A DNA stretch of 64,000 bases from a bacterium (GTDB lineage: Bacteria; Electryoneota; Electryoneia; Electryoneales; Electryoneaceae), in NCBI GenBank assembly GCA_043801585.1, contig JAZDLX010000007.1, positions 80,625-144,624 of the forward strand. Reading direction: 5' to 3'. The translations under genes were made by a program, and so were the position numbers. Of this stretch, positions 9,791 to 17,926 are shown piece by piece (the first letter of the stretch is position 1; every line of letters begins with the position of its first letter). The notes under the pieces are model-generated. The model was given only the letters and a program-made list of their open reading frames with translations. It did no database searches and was not told the DNA's origin.

Positions 9791-9882
9791 GGGAGCGGAT
9801 GTGATCCTGGTGGACGCCGCGGCCTTCAAAGCCGTTGTGGGACCTGACCGTCCCGGCTCGGTTCGATTCCGAGACGTTCCCG
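9791..9882 (+). tRNA. selC: tRNA-Sec-like candidate (anticodon UCA, long variable arm); D-arm non-canonical by hand fold
   Basis: T-arm CTCGG/TTCGATT/CCGAG at 9857-9873. Anticodon stem GCGGC/GCCGT with loop CTTCAAA, anticodon TCA at 9826-9828. Variable-arm hairpin GGGAC-ctgacc-GTCCC. 7-bp acceptor GGGAGCG/CGTTCCC and discriminator G. A 6-bp D-stem could not be built. Confidence 0.4.
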
Positions 9883-9921
9883 CTACCCGAGCAGCGCTGA
9901 ACGGGATGGGCTGCGACAGGG

Positions 9922-10713
9922 ATGACCGGAGACAGGTGGATGGGGCTTCGCAACGCATGCAGGGTCACCTTCCGGAATGCGGAAGGCAGCGAGCTGTGCG
10001 GCCACATCGAACGCCCGCAGGACCGTGAACCGTATGCATGGGCGATTTTCGCACACTGTTTCACCTGCAACAAAAACTACAAAGCACCCGTCTTCATCAG
10101 CAGGTATCTGGCGGATGCGGGAATCGCAACCCTTCGCTTCGATTTTCCGGGGTTGGGCGGGTCGTCCGGAGATTTTGCGGACACGACTCTTTCCGGATAC
10201 GTTCGGGATGTTGTCTCTGCAGCATCTTTTCTGACGCAGCATTTTCGCTCTCCCCGCGTCCTCATCGGTCATTCCATGGGAGGCGCGTCGGTGTTGCTCG
10301 CTGGATCGCAGATCAGCGGCGTCGAATTGATCGCAACCGTTGGCGCTCCCTCGAAACCCGGGCAACTTGGAAAAAACCTGCAGGTCGCCAGGGAACAGGC
10401 CGTGGAAAGAGGCATCGGTGAATTGCTTGTGAACGGCCGGACGTATCGGCTTCGCAGGGATTTTTTCGATGACCTGGAGCGGCACGACCTGCATAAGGGA
10501 CTTGACGCTCTGCGCTCGAAATTGCTGATTGTGCATAGTCCCAGCGACGACATCGTACCCTATGAAAATGCGAAGCGTTTGATGGAGTGGGCGCACGCGC
10601 CGAAATATCTGCTCACACTCGATTCGGAAGCAGACCATTTGTTGAGTCGGGAGCAGGACGCCTATCAGGTGGCTCACGCTATCGTGATCCGTGTCCGGAA
10701 GGGTGTTCACTAG
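9922..10713 (+). CDS. Alpha/beta-fold hydrolase (Ser-Asp-His triad)
   Basis: Nucleophile elbow GHSMGG, acid SDDIV and His in ADHLL. The start could alternatively be the ATG at 9940. Confidence 0.7.
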   Translation: MTGDRWMGLRNACRVTFRNAEGSELCGHIERPQDREPYAWAIFAHCFTCNKNYKAPVFISRYLADAGIATLRFDFPGLGGSSGDFADTTLSGYVRDVVSAASFLTQHFRSPRVLIGHSMGGASVLLAGSQISGVELIATVGAPSKPGQLGKNLQVAREQAVERGIGELLVNGRTYRLRRDFFDDLERHDLHKGLDALRSKLLIVHSPSDDIVPYENAKRLMEWAHAPKYLLTLDSEADHLLSREQDAYQVAHAIVIRVRKGVH

Positions 10714-10787
10714 GAGAAACCGAGATTAAATCATATATAACAATTACATAACAATGCGTGAAGCCCAACGGGTAGTGTCGTCGATTG

Positions 10788-10816
10788 TTGCCTTTCAAAG
10801 GCACCCCAGCTATATT
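10788..10816 (+). promoter_or_regulatory. Sigma70-like promoter for yggS (-35 TTGCCT, 17-nt spacer, -10 TATATT) overlapping the 15-bp palindrome TGCCTTTcAAAGGCA
   Basis: Hexamers at 10788-10793 and 10811-10816. The palindrome lies at 10789-10803, 27 nt upstream of the yggS ATG. Confidence 0.4.
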
Positions 10817-10842
10817 GCAACCTGCCTGAAACGGGCAATGCC

Positions 10843-11565
10843 ATGATAAAGAACGCACTATCGCAACGGTTAGCTGAAGTTCAACGCCAGATTGCGGAAG
10901 CCGCCCGAATCGCAAACCGCGATCCAGCGGGCGTTACGATCATCGGCGTGACGAAGACTCTACCAGCGGAGCTGGTTGCGGAGGGTGTTGCAGCGGGTTT
11001 GACAAACCTTGGCGAAAACCGTCTTCAGGGAGTTCCTGAAAAAGTGGAGATGGTGAAGCGGCTCGCAGGGGCTGGTCTGGCCGAGCGGTTGACCTGGCAT
11101 TTCATCGGCCACCTGCAAACCAACAAGGTTCGTTCTGTACTCGAGACGTTTACGCTGATACACAGTCTGGACCGCGAGAACCTTGTGGACCGTGTGGACC
11201 GAACCGCGGGTGAGTTGGGGATCGTCGCTCACGGTCTGATCCAGGTAAATGTCAGCGGCGCGGAAAGCCAGGGGGGAGTCGAGCCGGAAGCGTTGATGAA
11301 GTTGGCGGAGATTGCCTCGAATCGTGAATTTCTTCGAGTGCACGGTTTGATGGCGATCGGTCCGAATACGGACAATGCGGATGACATTCGGAGGGCATTC
11401 CGCAGTGTTCGCGGACTTGCAGCGGAGGTTGGCGCAACCAACCTTCCCGGTGTGACAATGGAAATGCTCTCAATGGGAATGAGCAATGATTATCAAATCG
11501 CTGTTGAAGAGGGTGCGACCCATGTACGGATTGGAACGGCCATCTTTGGCCCCCGCTGGACTTGA
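10843..11565 (+). CDS. yggS: YggS-family pyridoxal-phosphate homeostasis protein (alanine-racemase N-domain fold)
   Basis: Conserved GENRLQ, HFIGHLQTNK, SMGMSNDY and IGTAIFG motifs; 240 aa. Confidence 0.85.
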   Translation: MIKNALSQRLAEVQRQIAEAARIANRDPAGVTIIGVTKTLPAELVAEGVAAGLTNLGENRLQGVPEKVEMVKRLAGAGLAERLTWHFIGHLQTNKVRSVLETFTLIHSLDRENLVDRVDRTAGELGIVAHGLIQVNVSGAESQGGVEPEALMKLAEIASNREFLRVHGLMAIGPNTDNADDIRRAFRSVRGLAAEVGATNLPGVTMEMLSMGMSNDYQIAVEEGATHVRIGTAIFGPRWT

Positions 11566-11574
11566 GAGGAAACC

Positions 11575-12090
11575 ATGAACCTCACGCCGTTGGACATTAG
11601 AAAACAGGATTTCAGCCGGCAGATGCGCGGCTACGATGTGGATGAGGTGCGCAGTTTCCTCGATTTGATCGCTGAGCAATTTGAAGCGTTGCGCAGCGAG
11701 CGGGACGAACTGATCAAGCATGCCGAGTTCCACGAGTCGAAACTCAAAGAGTATCAGCAGATGGAGGGCAATCTTCAAGACGCGATGATGAACGCCCAGA
11801 AGGCCGGACGCAGCGCGGAAGAGGAGTCCTCGAAAAAAAGTGAACTACTGGTGCAGAATGCCCGGCTTGAGGCGGACAGGATCATTTATGAAGCCCGCCG
11901 CAAACATCAGCAACTTCTTGACGACGTGCATCGCCTGGAGGGGCAGCGCCGTTCGTTCATTTTGAAGATGAAGCAGATCCTGCGTGGGCAGGTGGAATTG
12001 CTGGATATTCTTGAACAGGAAGCTCTCGAAGACAGTGAGATGTTGAAAAAAAGCCTGTCGGGTGGAAAACCACCAGTTGGAAATGTCTGA
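11575..12090 (+). CDS. divIVA: DivIVA-domain cell-division protein
   Basis: N-terminal LTPLDIRKQDFSRQMRGYDVDEVRSFLD followed by coiled-coil-rich sequence. Located next to yggS as in dcw-distal clusters. Confidence 0.8.
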   Translation: MNLTPLDIRKQDFSRQMRGYDVDEVRSFLDLIAEQFEALRSERDELIKHAEFHESKLKEYQQMEGNLQDAMMNAQKAGRSAEEESSKKSELLVQNARLEADRIIYEARRKHQQLLDDVHRLEGQRRSFILKMKQILRGQVELLDILEQEALEDSEMLKKSLSGGKPPVGNV

Positions 12091-12312
12091 ACTTTGCTCC
12101 ATTAAATGCCATATTATACAATTAAATAGGAATAATTATAAGACGAAGAGGAGTGACTCGGCGAGTACTCTTGTAGAGTCCCGGACAGGGAGCGAAAGCT
12201 GGGTGAAGATCGTACCTTTGACCGCTCTCGTCAGATCGATTTGACGGGCGGACGGGACACAAAACAGAATCTGCAGGGCCGACCAGGCTAACATTGATGC
12301 ATAAGGTGTACC

Positions 12313-12714
12313 ATGGCCAAGAAAGACGGAATGCGCCGTTATTCGACAAAGGATCTGCCGCATTTCCGGAAGATCATCGAACAGAAGCGTGAAGCGGTTC
12401 AACGGGAGCTCGGATACCTCGAGGAGAATTCGTTGAAAACTCTCGAGGAATACTCCGGTGATTCCTCGACCTATTCGCTGCACATGGCGGATCAGGGCAC
12501 GGATGCGCAGGAGCGGGAGAAGGCATTCCTCTTTGCTTCGCGCGAGAACAAGTTCCTCGGTCATTTGAATCGAGCGCTGGAACGCATGGAAAGCGGCGTT
12601 TACGGAATGTGTGCAGAATGCGGTCAGCCGATTCATTACAAGCGGCTCGAGGCCGTGCCACACGCCACACTCTGCATCGATTGCAAGAAGAAGCAGGAAG
12701 AGGAACGGCGTTGA
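12313..12714 (+). CDS. DksA/TraR-family C4-type zinc-finger protein
   Basis: C-terminal CxxC-x17-CxxC (CAECGQPI...CIDCKKK); 133 aa. Confidence 0.75.
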   Translation: MAKKDGMRRYSTKDLPHFRKIIEQKREAVQRELGYLEENSLKTLEEYSGDSSTYSLHMADQGTDAQEREKAFLFASRENKFLGHLNRALERMESGVYGMCAECGQPIHYKRLEAVPHATLCIDCKKKQEEERR

Positions 12715-12738
12715 ATCCCGGCCGACGGAAGAGGTCGG

Positions 12739-13503
12739 ATGGGAGAGAGCCTGACATCGTCTGAACCAATTGATTTAAACCCTCTCCTGTATTCTGCCTC
12801 TCCGCCGATGTTGTTCAAGCGGTACCGTCCCTTGAAAAGTCCTTCACCCGCCCAATCCATCATCCGGAGACCGGCCGTGACCCGAACCGTTCGACACTAC
12901 CTGCCACTGACACTCACGCTGCTGGTCATCTTTCTGGATCGGCTGACGAAAGTGATCGTGTCGCACTCGATGAAACTGCGTGAGTCGATCCCTTTTCTTG
13001 GGGATACGGTTCGATGGACGTACATCCACAACGATGGAATGGCGCTGGGGATCAACCTGATCAATACGCGCACTCTGGGCATCCTTTCGCTGCTTGCCGT
13101 CATTATCGTGACGTGGGTGTTCATCCGTGTCAGTGACGATCCGAAGGGAATTCGTTGGATTCTGGCTGCGATTCTCGGTGGCGCGGTGGGCAATACCTAT
13201 GACAGGTTGGTGCATGGATACGTCATCGACTTCGTCGATGTAGACCTGCCGAATTTTCTCATGGAACGTTTTGCGGTTTTCAACGTTGCGGATTCTGCGG
13301 TATCCGTAGGAGTAACGGTGCTGATCCTGATGCTGTTCCTTCAGAAACAGCATGAAAAGCCGTTACAAATACCCGAGCTGGATACTCCATCGATGAACGC
13401 TCCCTCCACGAAAGAAACTCCCATACCTTCCAATGAATCCATATCCGGCGGGACTGAAACGCCGGGCGGATCCGATGCAGCGAAGGAAACGGAGGAGGCA
13501 TGA
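12739..13503 (+). CDS. lspA: Lipoprotein signal peptidase (signal peptidase II) with extended N- and C-terminal tails
   Basis: FNVADSAVSVG motif, NDGMALGI, four TM segments. The start is uncertain (alternative ATG at 12808). The C-terminal ~60 aa are rich in P/S/T/E. Confidence 0.8.
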   Translation: MGESLTSSEPIDLNPLLYSASPPMLFKRYRPLKSPSPAQSIIRRPAVTRTVRHYLPLTLTLLVIFLDRLTKVIVSHSMKLRESIPFLGDTVRWTYIHNDGMALGINLINTRTLGILSLLAVIIVTWVFIRVSDDPKGIRWILAAILGGAVGNTYDRLVHGYVIDFVDVDLPNFLMERFAVFNVADSAVSVGVTVLILMLFLQKQHEKPLQIPELDTPSMNAPSTKETPIPSNESISGGTETPGGSDAAKETEEA

Positions 13504-14270
13504 AACGTCTGACGCTCGCATGCGTGCTCCTTTTCACCCTTGTCGCAGGATCATCTGCGCAGACCTTCCCGAAGCCCCAGGGTTTTGTCAACGATTATGC
13601 CGGTGTGATGTCCTCAGGCGACCGCCAGCGACTCGAGTCGTTGGGACGGGAAATCCAGCAGAAAGCTGACATTGAATTTGCTTTCGTGACCATCGATACC
13701 ATCCCCGAGGGCGAGGACATTTCTCTTTATACCGTTGAGTTGGGGCATGCCTGGGGGGTTGGGAAGAAGGGGGCTGACCGCGGCGCAGTACTCCTGTACA
13801 AAACGGGACGGAGCGATGGGAGCGGCCGTCAGGTGTACCTGGCGACGGGGTACGGACTTGAGGGTCAGGTTCCCGACGGCGTTGCGGGACGAATTCTGGA
13901 CCAGGTGACGATTCCCTATCTGAGTCAAGAGAAAATCCTCGAGGGATTTGCCGCTACTGCTGTCGCAGTCGTGCAACGTGTGGAGCCCAAAGTCCGGCTG
14001 ACAGGCGAGATGTCACGCCAGGTGCAGTGGGATAATAAGGGTCGGGAGATGAGCCCCATCGGCATCATCTTCATGATCATCCTGTTCATCGTCCTGATGT
14101 CTTCCCGCACCGGCCGTGCAATTCTTTTCGGTATGTTGCTCAGCTCGATGTTCGGTCGCCGCGGTGGGGGTTGGGGTGGCGGCGGATTTGGCGGCGGTGG
14201 ATTTGGCGGAGGATTCGGTGGTTTCGGTGGTGGCGGTTTCGGTGGTGGCGGCGCCGGCCGTTCCTTCTAA
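13500..14270 (+). CDS. TPM-domain (TLP18.3/Psb32/MOLO-1, YgcG-like) protein with TM anchor and Gly/Phe-rich tail
   Basis: Signal peptide, TPM-like core (GFVNDYAGVMS...AFVTIDT), one TM helix, and a C-terminal GGGWGGGGFGGGGFGGGFGGFGGGGFGGGG tail. Confidence 0.7.
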   Translation: MKRLTLACVLLFTLVAGSSAQTFPKPQGFVNDYAGVMSSGDRQRLESLGREIQQKADIEFAFVTIDTIPEGEDISLYTVELGHAWGVGKKGADRGAVLLYKTGRSDGSGRQVYLATGYGLEGQVPDGVAGRILDQVTIPYLSQEKILEGFAATAVAVVQRVEPKVRLTGEMSRQVQWDNKGREMSPIGIIFMIILFIVLMSSRTGRAILFGMLLSSMFGRRGGGWGGGGFGGGGFGGGFGGFGGGGFGGGGAGRSF

Positions 14271-14283
14271 TACGGAGTCAGAG

Positions 14284-15000
14284 ATGGACCAGAGAATCAA
14301 GGGCGCAGTCGAATCGAGCGTCGAGCTTTGGAAGCGTGTGTGGGGTGACTCTTTGCAGTCAATCCATCTTTACGGTTCTGCTGCTAGGGGCGATTGGTCT
14401 GCGAAGACAAGCGACGTCAACCTCCTGCTCCTTGTCGAGAGCGGTGACTACAGCCAGTGGCCGAATGCGGCAGATGTGGTCAAGAGGAAAACGAAAAAGG
14501 GATTCGCGGTTCCGCTGATTCTTTCGGAGAATTACGTGCGCTCGTCGCTTGACGTCTATCCCATGGAATTTCTGGACATCAAGCTGTTTCATGAAACGCT
14601 CCATGGGAGCGACTTCTTTGACGAGGTGACGATTCGTCCCGAGCATCTGCGGTTGCAGGCGGAGCGGGAGGTCAAGGGCAAGTGGGTTCAACTGCGCCAG
14701 GCAGCCCTCGAACGTGGAAGCAGCACAACGGCGATTCGCGAACTGCTGGCGATGAGCTCGGCGACGTGGAGCGCTGTTTTCCAGGCGCTCCTGGTGATCG
14801 AAGGGAAGGACGTTCCGCCCGACCGCAAGGAAGTCATCCGGCAGGGGGCGGCCTTGGCGAACGTGGATCCGGACGTTTTTCTGAGAGTGCACGCAGTTCG
14901 TCATGAACGCAGAGCGATGAACCGGCTTGGCGCCTGGGATTTGCTCATGAAGACGTTGAAACAACTTGATCATCTGGCTCGGTTCGTCGATGCGTGGTAG
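14284..15000 (+). CDS. Pol-beta-superfamily nucleotidyltransferase domain protein (two-domain, KNTase-like)
   Basis: YGSAARGDWSAKTSDVNLLLLV matches the hG[GS]x9-13 DxD NTase motif, but the second acidic residue is Asn. ATG at 14284 with RBS GGAG. The 14116 start in the track is an out-of-frame overlap artefact. Confidence 0.6.
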   Translation: MDQRIKGAVESSVELWKRVWGDSLQSIHLYGSAARGDWSAKTSDVNLLLLVESGDYSQWPNAADVVKRKTKKGFAVPLILSENYVRSSLDVYPMEFLDIKLFHETLHGSDFFDEVTIRPEHLRLQAEREVKGKWVQLRQAALERGSSTTAIRELLAMSSATWSAVFQALLVIEGKDVPPDRKEVIRQGAALANVDPDVFLRVHAVRHERRAMNRLGAWDLLMKTLKQLDHLARFVDAW

Positions 15001-15041
15001 TCCTGAGCAGGGGCGGACAGAGTTACATTTGAATCATCCTA

Positions 15042-15066
15042 TGTCCGCGCAGGGCGGACACTTTTG
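15042..15066 (+). terminator. Intrinsic terminator after the nucleotidyltransferase gene
   Basis: Stem TGTCCGC/GCGGACA with loop GCAGG, followed by CTTTTG. Confidence 0.5.
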
Positions 15067-15081
15067 TGCAAGGAGGTATCC

Positions 15082-15657
15082 GTGAAACGTGGAACGGTCA
15101 CGATCCTGATCGTCGTCGGAGTACTGGTTGTCGTTGGATTTTCCATTTTCTCGTTTGTCCGGGGTACATACAACTCGCTCGTCAACATGGAAGAAACGGT
15201 CAATGGCTCATGGGCGGAGGTTGAAAACAACCTTCAGCGGAGATATGACCTGATTCCGAATCTCGTGAACACGGTCAAAGGGTACGCCAAGCAGGAACAG
15301 CAGGTGCTGCTGGGAGTCACCGAAGCGCGTGCAAAGGTCGGCGGCGCCACAAACCAGGGGCAGCGGATGGAGGCGGAGAACGAACTTTCCGGCGCTCTTT
15401 CCAGGATGCTGCTGGTCGTAGAGAATTACCCGCAACTGAAATCCGATGCCAATTTCCGCCAGCTTCAGGACGAGCTCGCGGGAACGGAAAATCGCCTGGC
15501 TGTTGCCCGGAAACGGTACAACGATTCGGTGAAGAACTATAACGTGATGCTGCGGAGTTTCCCGCAGAATATCATCGCGGGCATGTTCGGCTTCGTGAAA
15601 AAGGAATTCTTCCAGGCACCTGCAGCATCGCAGGGAACGCCAGAGGTGCAGTTCTGA
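15082..15657 (+). CDS. lemA: LemA-family membrane protein
   Basis: N-terminal TM, then LemA core (YNSLV...[13 protein letters not shown]...YNDSVKNYN). GTG start at 15082 with RBS AGGAGG 6 nt upstream. Confidence 0.8.
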   Translation: MKRGTVTILIVVGVLVVVGFSIFSFVRGTYNSLVNMEETVNGSWAEVENNLQRRYDLIPNLVNTVKGYAKQEQQVLLGVTEARAKVGGATNQGQRMEAENELSGALSRMLLVVENYPQLKSDANFRQLQDELAGTENRLAVARKRYNDSVKNYNVMLRSFPQNIIAGMFGFVKKEFFQAPAASQGTPEVQF

Positions 15658-16445
15658 TGATTCCACCCCCCGGACAAACCGGGGTTGTTGCGTTGGTAAC
15701 GGATTTCGGCATGCAGGACGACTACGTTGGTCAGATGCATGCCGCAATTCTGTCAGTGAACCCGGAACTGCGGATTATCGATCTTTGTCATTTTGTTCCG
15801 GCTGGGAACGTCCGGCCCGGAGCGTTCCTTCTCTATCACGATCTCGGGATCCTGCCAGAAGGATCGGCTGTCGGGGCTGTTGTCGATCCCGGGGTCGGGA
15901 GCAGGCGGGCTCTTCTGGCTGCGGAGATCGAGAACCGGTATCTCGTGGCTCCGGATAACGGATTGATCGCACCGCTGCTGGACCGCGATCATCACGCCCG
16001 TGTGTATCGCCTGGAAAATCGTGAGTGGGTGCGATCGCAACCGTCCTCGACGTTTCACGGCCGTGACATCATCGGACCCGCTGCGGCGATGCTCGCCTCG
16101 GGACACAACGTCGAGGATGCGGGACCTCCGGTGCAGCATTGGGCGTCAATAGCGATTCATCCTGTGGAACAGGAGGATGGTTTCGCGGGTGAAGTGATGT
16201 GGGTTGACAGATTTGGAAATCTGATCACCAATCTGACGGCGGATCAGGCCGAGGGTCTGACGTTGTGGATTGATGGACGGCCAATCAGGCGGGTTTCCAC
16301 CTTTGTCGACGCTGATTCTGAAGAAATTGTCTACCTGATTGGCAGCAGAAACACTGTCGAAATCGTCCGCAACGGCGATTCGGCTGCTGAGGCTCTTGGT
16401 CTTGGACTGGGGGCGGTTGTTCGGCTCGTCAGGGAACCCGTATGA
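15657..16445 (+). CDS. SAM hydroxide adenosyltransferase family protein (DUF62; fluorinase/chlorinase-like fold)
   Basis: VALVTDFG, VVDPGVG, LVAPDNGL and DRFGNLITN motifs typical of DUF62/SalL-like proteins. Start codon overlaps the lemA stop. Confidence 0.75.
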   Translation: MIPPPGQTGVVALVTDFGMQDDYVGQMHAAILSVNPELRIIDLCHFVPAGNVRPGAFLLYHDLGILPEGSAVGAVVDPGVGSRRALLAAEIENRYLVAPDNGLIAPLLDRDHHARVYRLENREWVRSQPSSTFHGRDIIGPAAAMLASGHNVEDAGPPVQHWASIAIHPVEQEDGFAGEVMWVDRFGNLITNLTADQAEGLTLWIDGRPIRRVSTFVDADSEEIVYLIGSRNTVEIVRNGDSAAEALGLGLGAVVRLVREPV

Positions 16446-16507
16446 ACAAGCGTTCCCGGCCGGACAACGTGACCACCTCGAGAAATCCATCGAGGAAGGG
16501 AGACTTC

Positions 16508-17911
16508 ATGAGTGATCGGATACGTCTGGATGTCACCCGGATGTTTGATGATGCAGTAGGTGAAGAATTTGGTGTCAGTGCGGAAGACCTTGACAAGCAT
16601 TGGGCGAAGGTCGAAGCCGCACTTCAGGGGCTCGAGGCTCGCCGTAAGGCGGGTGAATTGCCCTTCTATGATCTGCCGCAGGAAAAGGACACAGTCAAGC
16701 GCATCCAGGAATACGCAGATAAGAACAGAAGCAAGTTCCGCAATGTCGTCGTGCTGGGAATCGGCGGAAGTGCGCTGGGGTCGATCGCCCTCCAGGAAGC
16801 GCTCAAACCAACGCTCTGGAACGAACGTTCCGATATGGATCGTGACGCTCCCCGTCTATTCGTCCCGGACAATCCGGATCCCGAGTATCTGGGTGCGGTC
16901 ATGGACATTTGCGATCCGGCGGAAACGCTCTACAACGTGATCACAAAATCCGGGAGCACTGCTGAGACGATAGCCGCCTTCGGAGCGCTTCTTGGACCCC
17001 TGAAAGAGGCAGTGGGCAACGATTTCCGTGACCACATTGTCTTTACGACCGATCCGGCCAAGGGAGCACTTCGCCAGACAGCCCGGGAGGAGGGCATCAC
17101 GACCTTCTCGATTCCATCGGGAGTCGGAGGAAGGTTCAGTGTACTGACTCCTGTCGGACTACTCCCCGCGGCGCTCATCGGAATCGATCTGGATGAGCTG
17201 CTTGGTGGAGCTGCGGAGCAGCGTGAGAAAGTATTCAACAGGGAGTTCGACAGGAATCCCAGTGCCGCGTTTGCGCTTTTGCAGTTTCTTGCGCACACGC
17301 AGCGCGGTCAGAAGATCCATGTGATGATGCCCTATTCGAACGCCCTTTATCGGACAGCCGACTGGTTCCGGCAACTTTGGGCGGAATCCCTCGGCAAAAA
17401 GAACAACCTGAAGGGCGAAACGGTCAACCAGGGACCGACACCGGTGGCGGCGCTTGGTGCGACGGATCAGCACAGCCAGGCCCAGCTTTACGTCGAAGGA
17501 CCGAACGACAAAACCTTCACTTTCATCTTCCCGCAGAGCTACCGCCGGAAAGTGACAGTTGGGAAACATTTTCCCGACATCGAGACGATCGATTATCTGT
17601 CCGGGGAGGATATTGGCGATCTGCTGAGGGCGGAGGGAGAAGCCACGCAACGGGCATTGACCGCCGCTCACCGTCCCAACATGGCGTTTCTGCTTGAGGA
17701 AATTGCTCCGGATACCGTTGGCGGCCTGATGTACCTTCTTGAGGCGGCCACATTGGTGGCTGGAGCGCTCTATGAGGTGAATCCTCTTGATCAGCCTGGG
17801 GTCGAGGCAGGCAAGGAAGCGACCTATGCACTGATGGGCCGTGCGGGTTACGAAGACATCGCGGCGGATATTGAACGTGAACGAAAGCGATCGTCTCGTA
17901 TCGTTTCGTGA
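16508..17911 (+). CDS. pgi: Glucose-6-phosphate isomerase
   Basis: GIGGSALG, TKSGSTAET and GGRFSV motifs. ATG at 16508 preceded by GAGGAAGGGAGA. The longer 16442 start in the track is an upstream extension. Confidence 0.85.
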   Translation: MSDRIRLDVTRMFDDAVGEEFGVSAEDLDKHWAKVEAALQGLEARRKAGELPFYDLPQEKDTVKRIQEYADKNRSKFRNVVVLGIGGSALGSIALQEALKPTLWNERSDMDRDAPRLFVPDNPDPEYLGAVMDICDPAETLYNVITKSGSTAETIAAFGALLGPLKEAVGNDFRDHIVFTTDPAKGALRQTAREEGITTFSIPSGVGGRFSVLTPVGLLPAALIGIDLDELLGGAAEQREKVFNREFDRNPSAAFALLQFLAHTQRGQKIHVMMPYSNALYRTADWFRQLWAESLGKKNNLKGETVNQGPTPVAALGATDQHSQAQLYVEGPNDKTFTFIFPQSYRRKVTVGKHFPDIETIDYLSGEDIGDLLRAEGEATQRALTAAHRPNMAFLLEEIAPDTVGGLMYLLEAATLVAGALYEVNPLDQPGVEAGKEATYALMGRAGYEDIAADIERERKRSSRIVS

Positions 17912-17926
17912 AATTGGAAGGTCATT

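Noticed and set aside
9791-9882. Reading the tRNA-like sequence as tRNA-Ser or tRNA-Leu (class II, long variable arm)
   Set aside because: The anticodon-loop register fixed by the GCGGC/GCCGT stem gives TCA, not TGA/GCT/CGA/GGA (Ser) or any Leu anticodon. Sec (or a suppressor) is the only fit. It is kept as a low-confidence selC candidate.
12100-12160. AT-rich 50-bp segment as a horizontal-transfer boundary
   Set aside because: It is too short and is flanked by core genes (divIVA, lspA). It is more consistent with a promoter or UP element.
14150-14267. Possible CRISPR or VNTR array (short GGN tandem repeats)
   Set aside because: The repeats are 3-6 nt codon-level units inside a coding region. 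There are no spacers and no cas genes. It is a low-complexity protein tail.
14116-14283. N-terminal extension of the nucleotidyltransferase ORF (track start 14116)
   Set aside because: It overlaps the TPM gene out of frame within the Gly-codon repeat. The ATG at 14284, with GGAG upstream and starting right after the TPM stop, is the plausible start.
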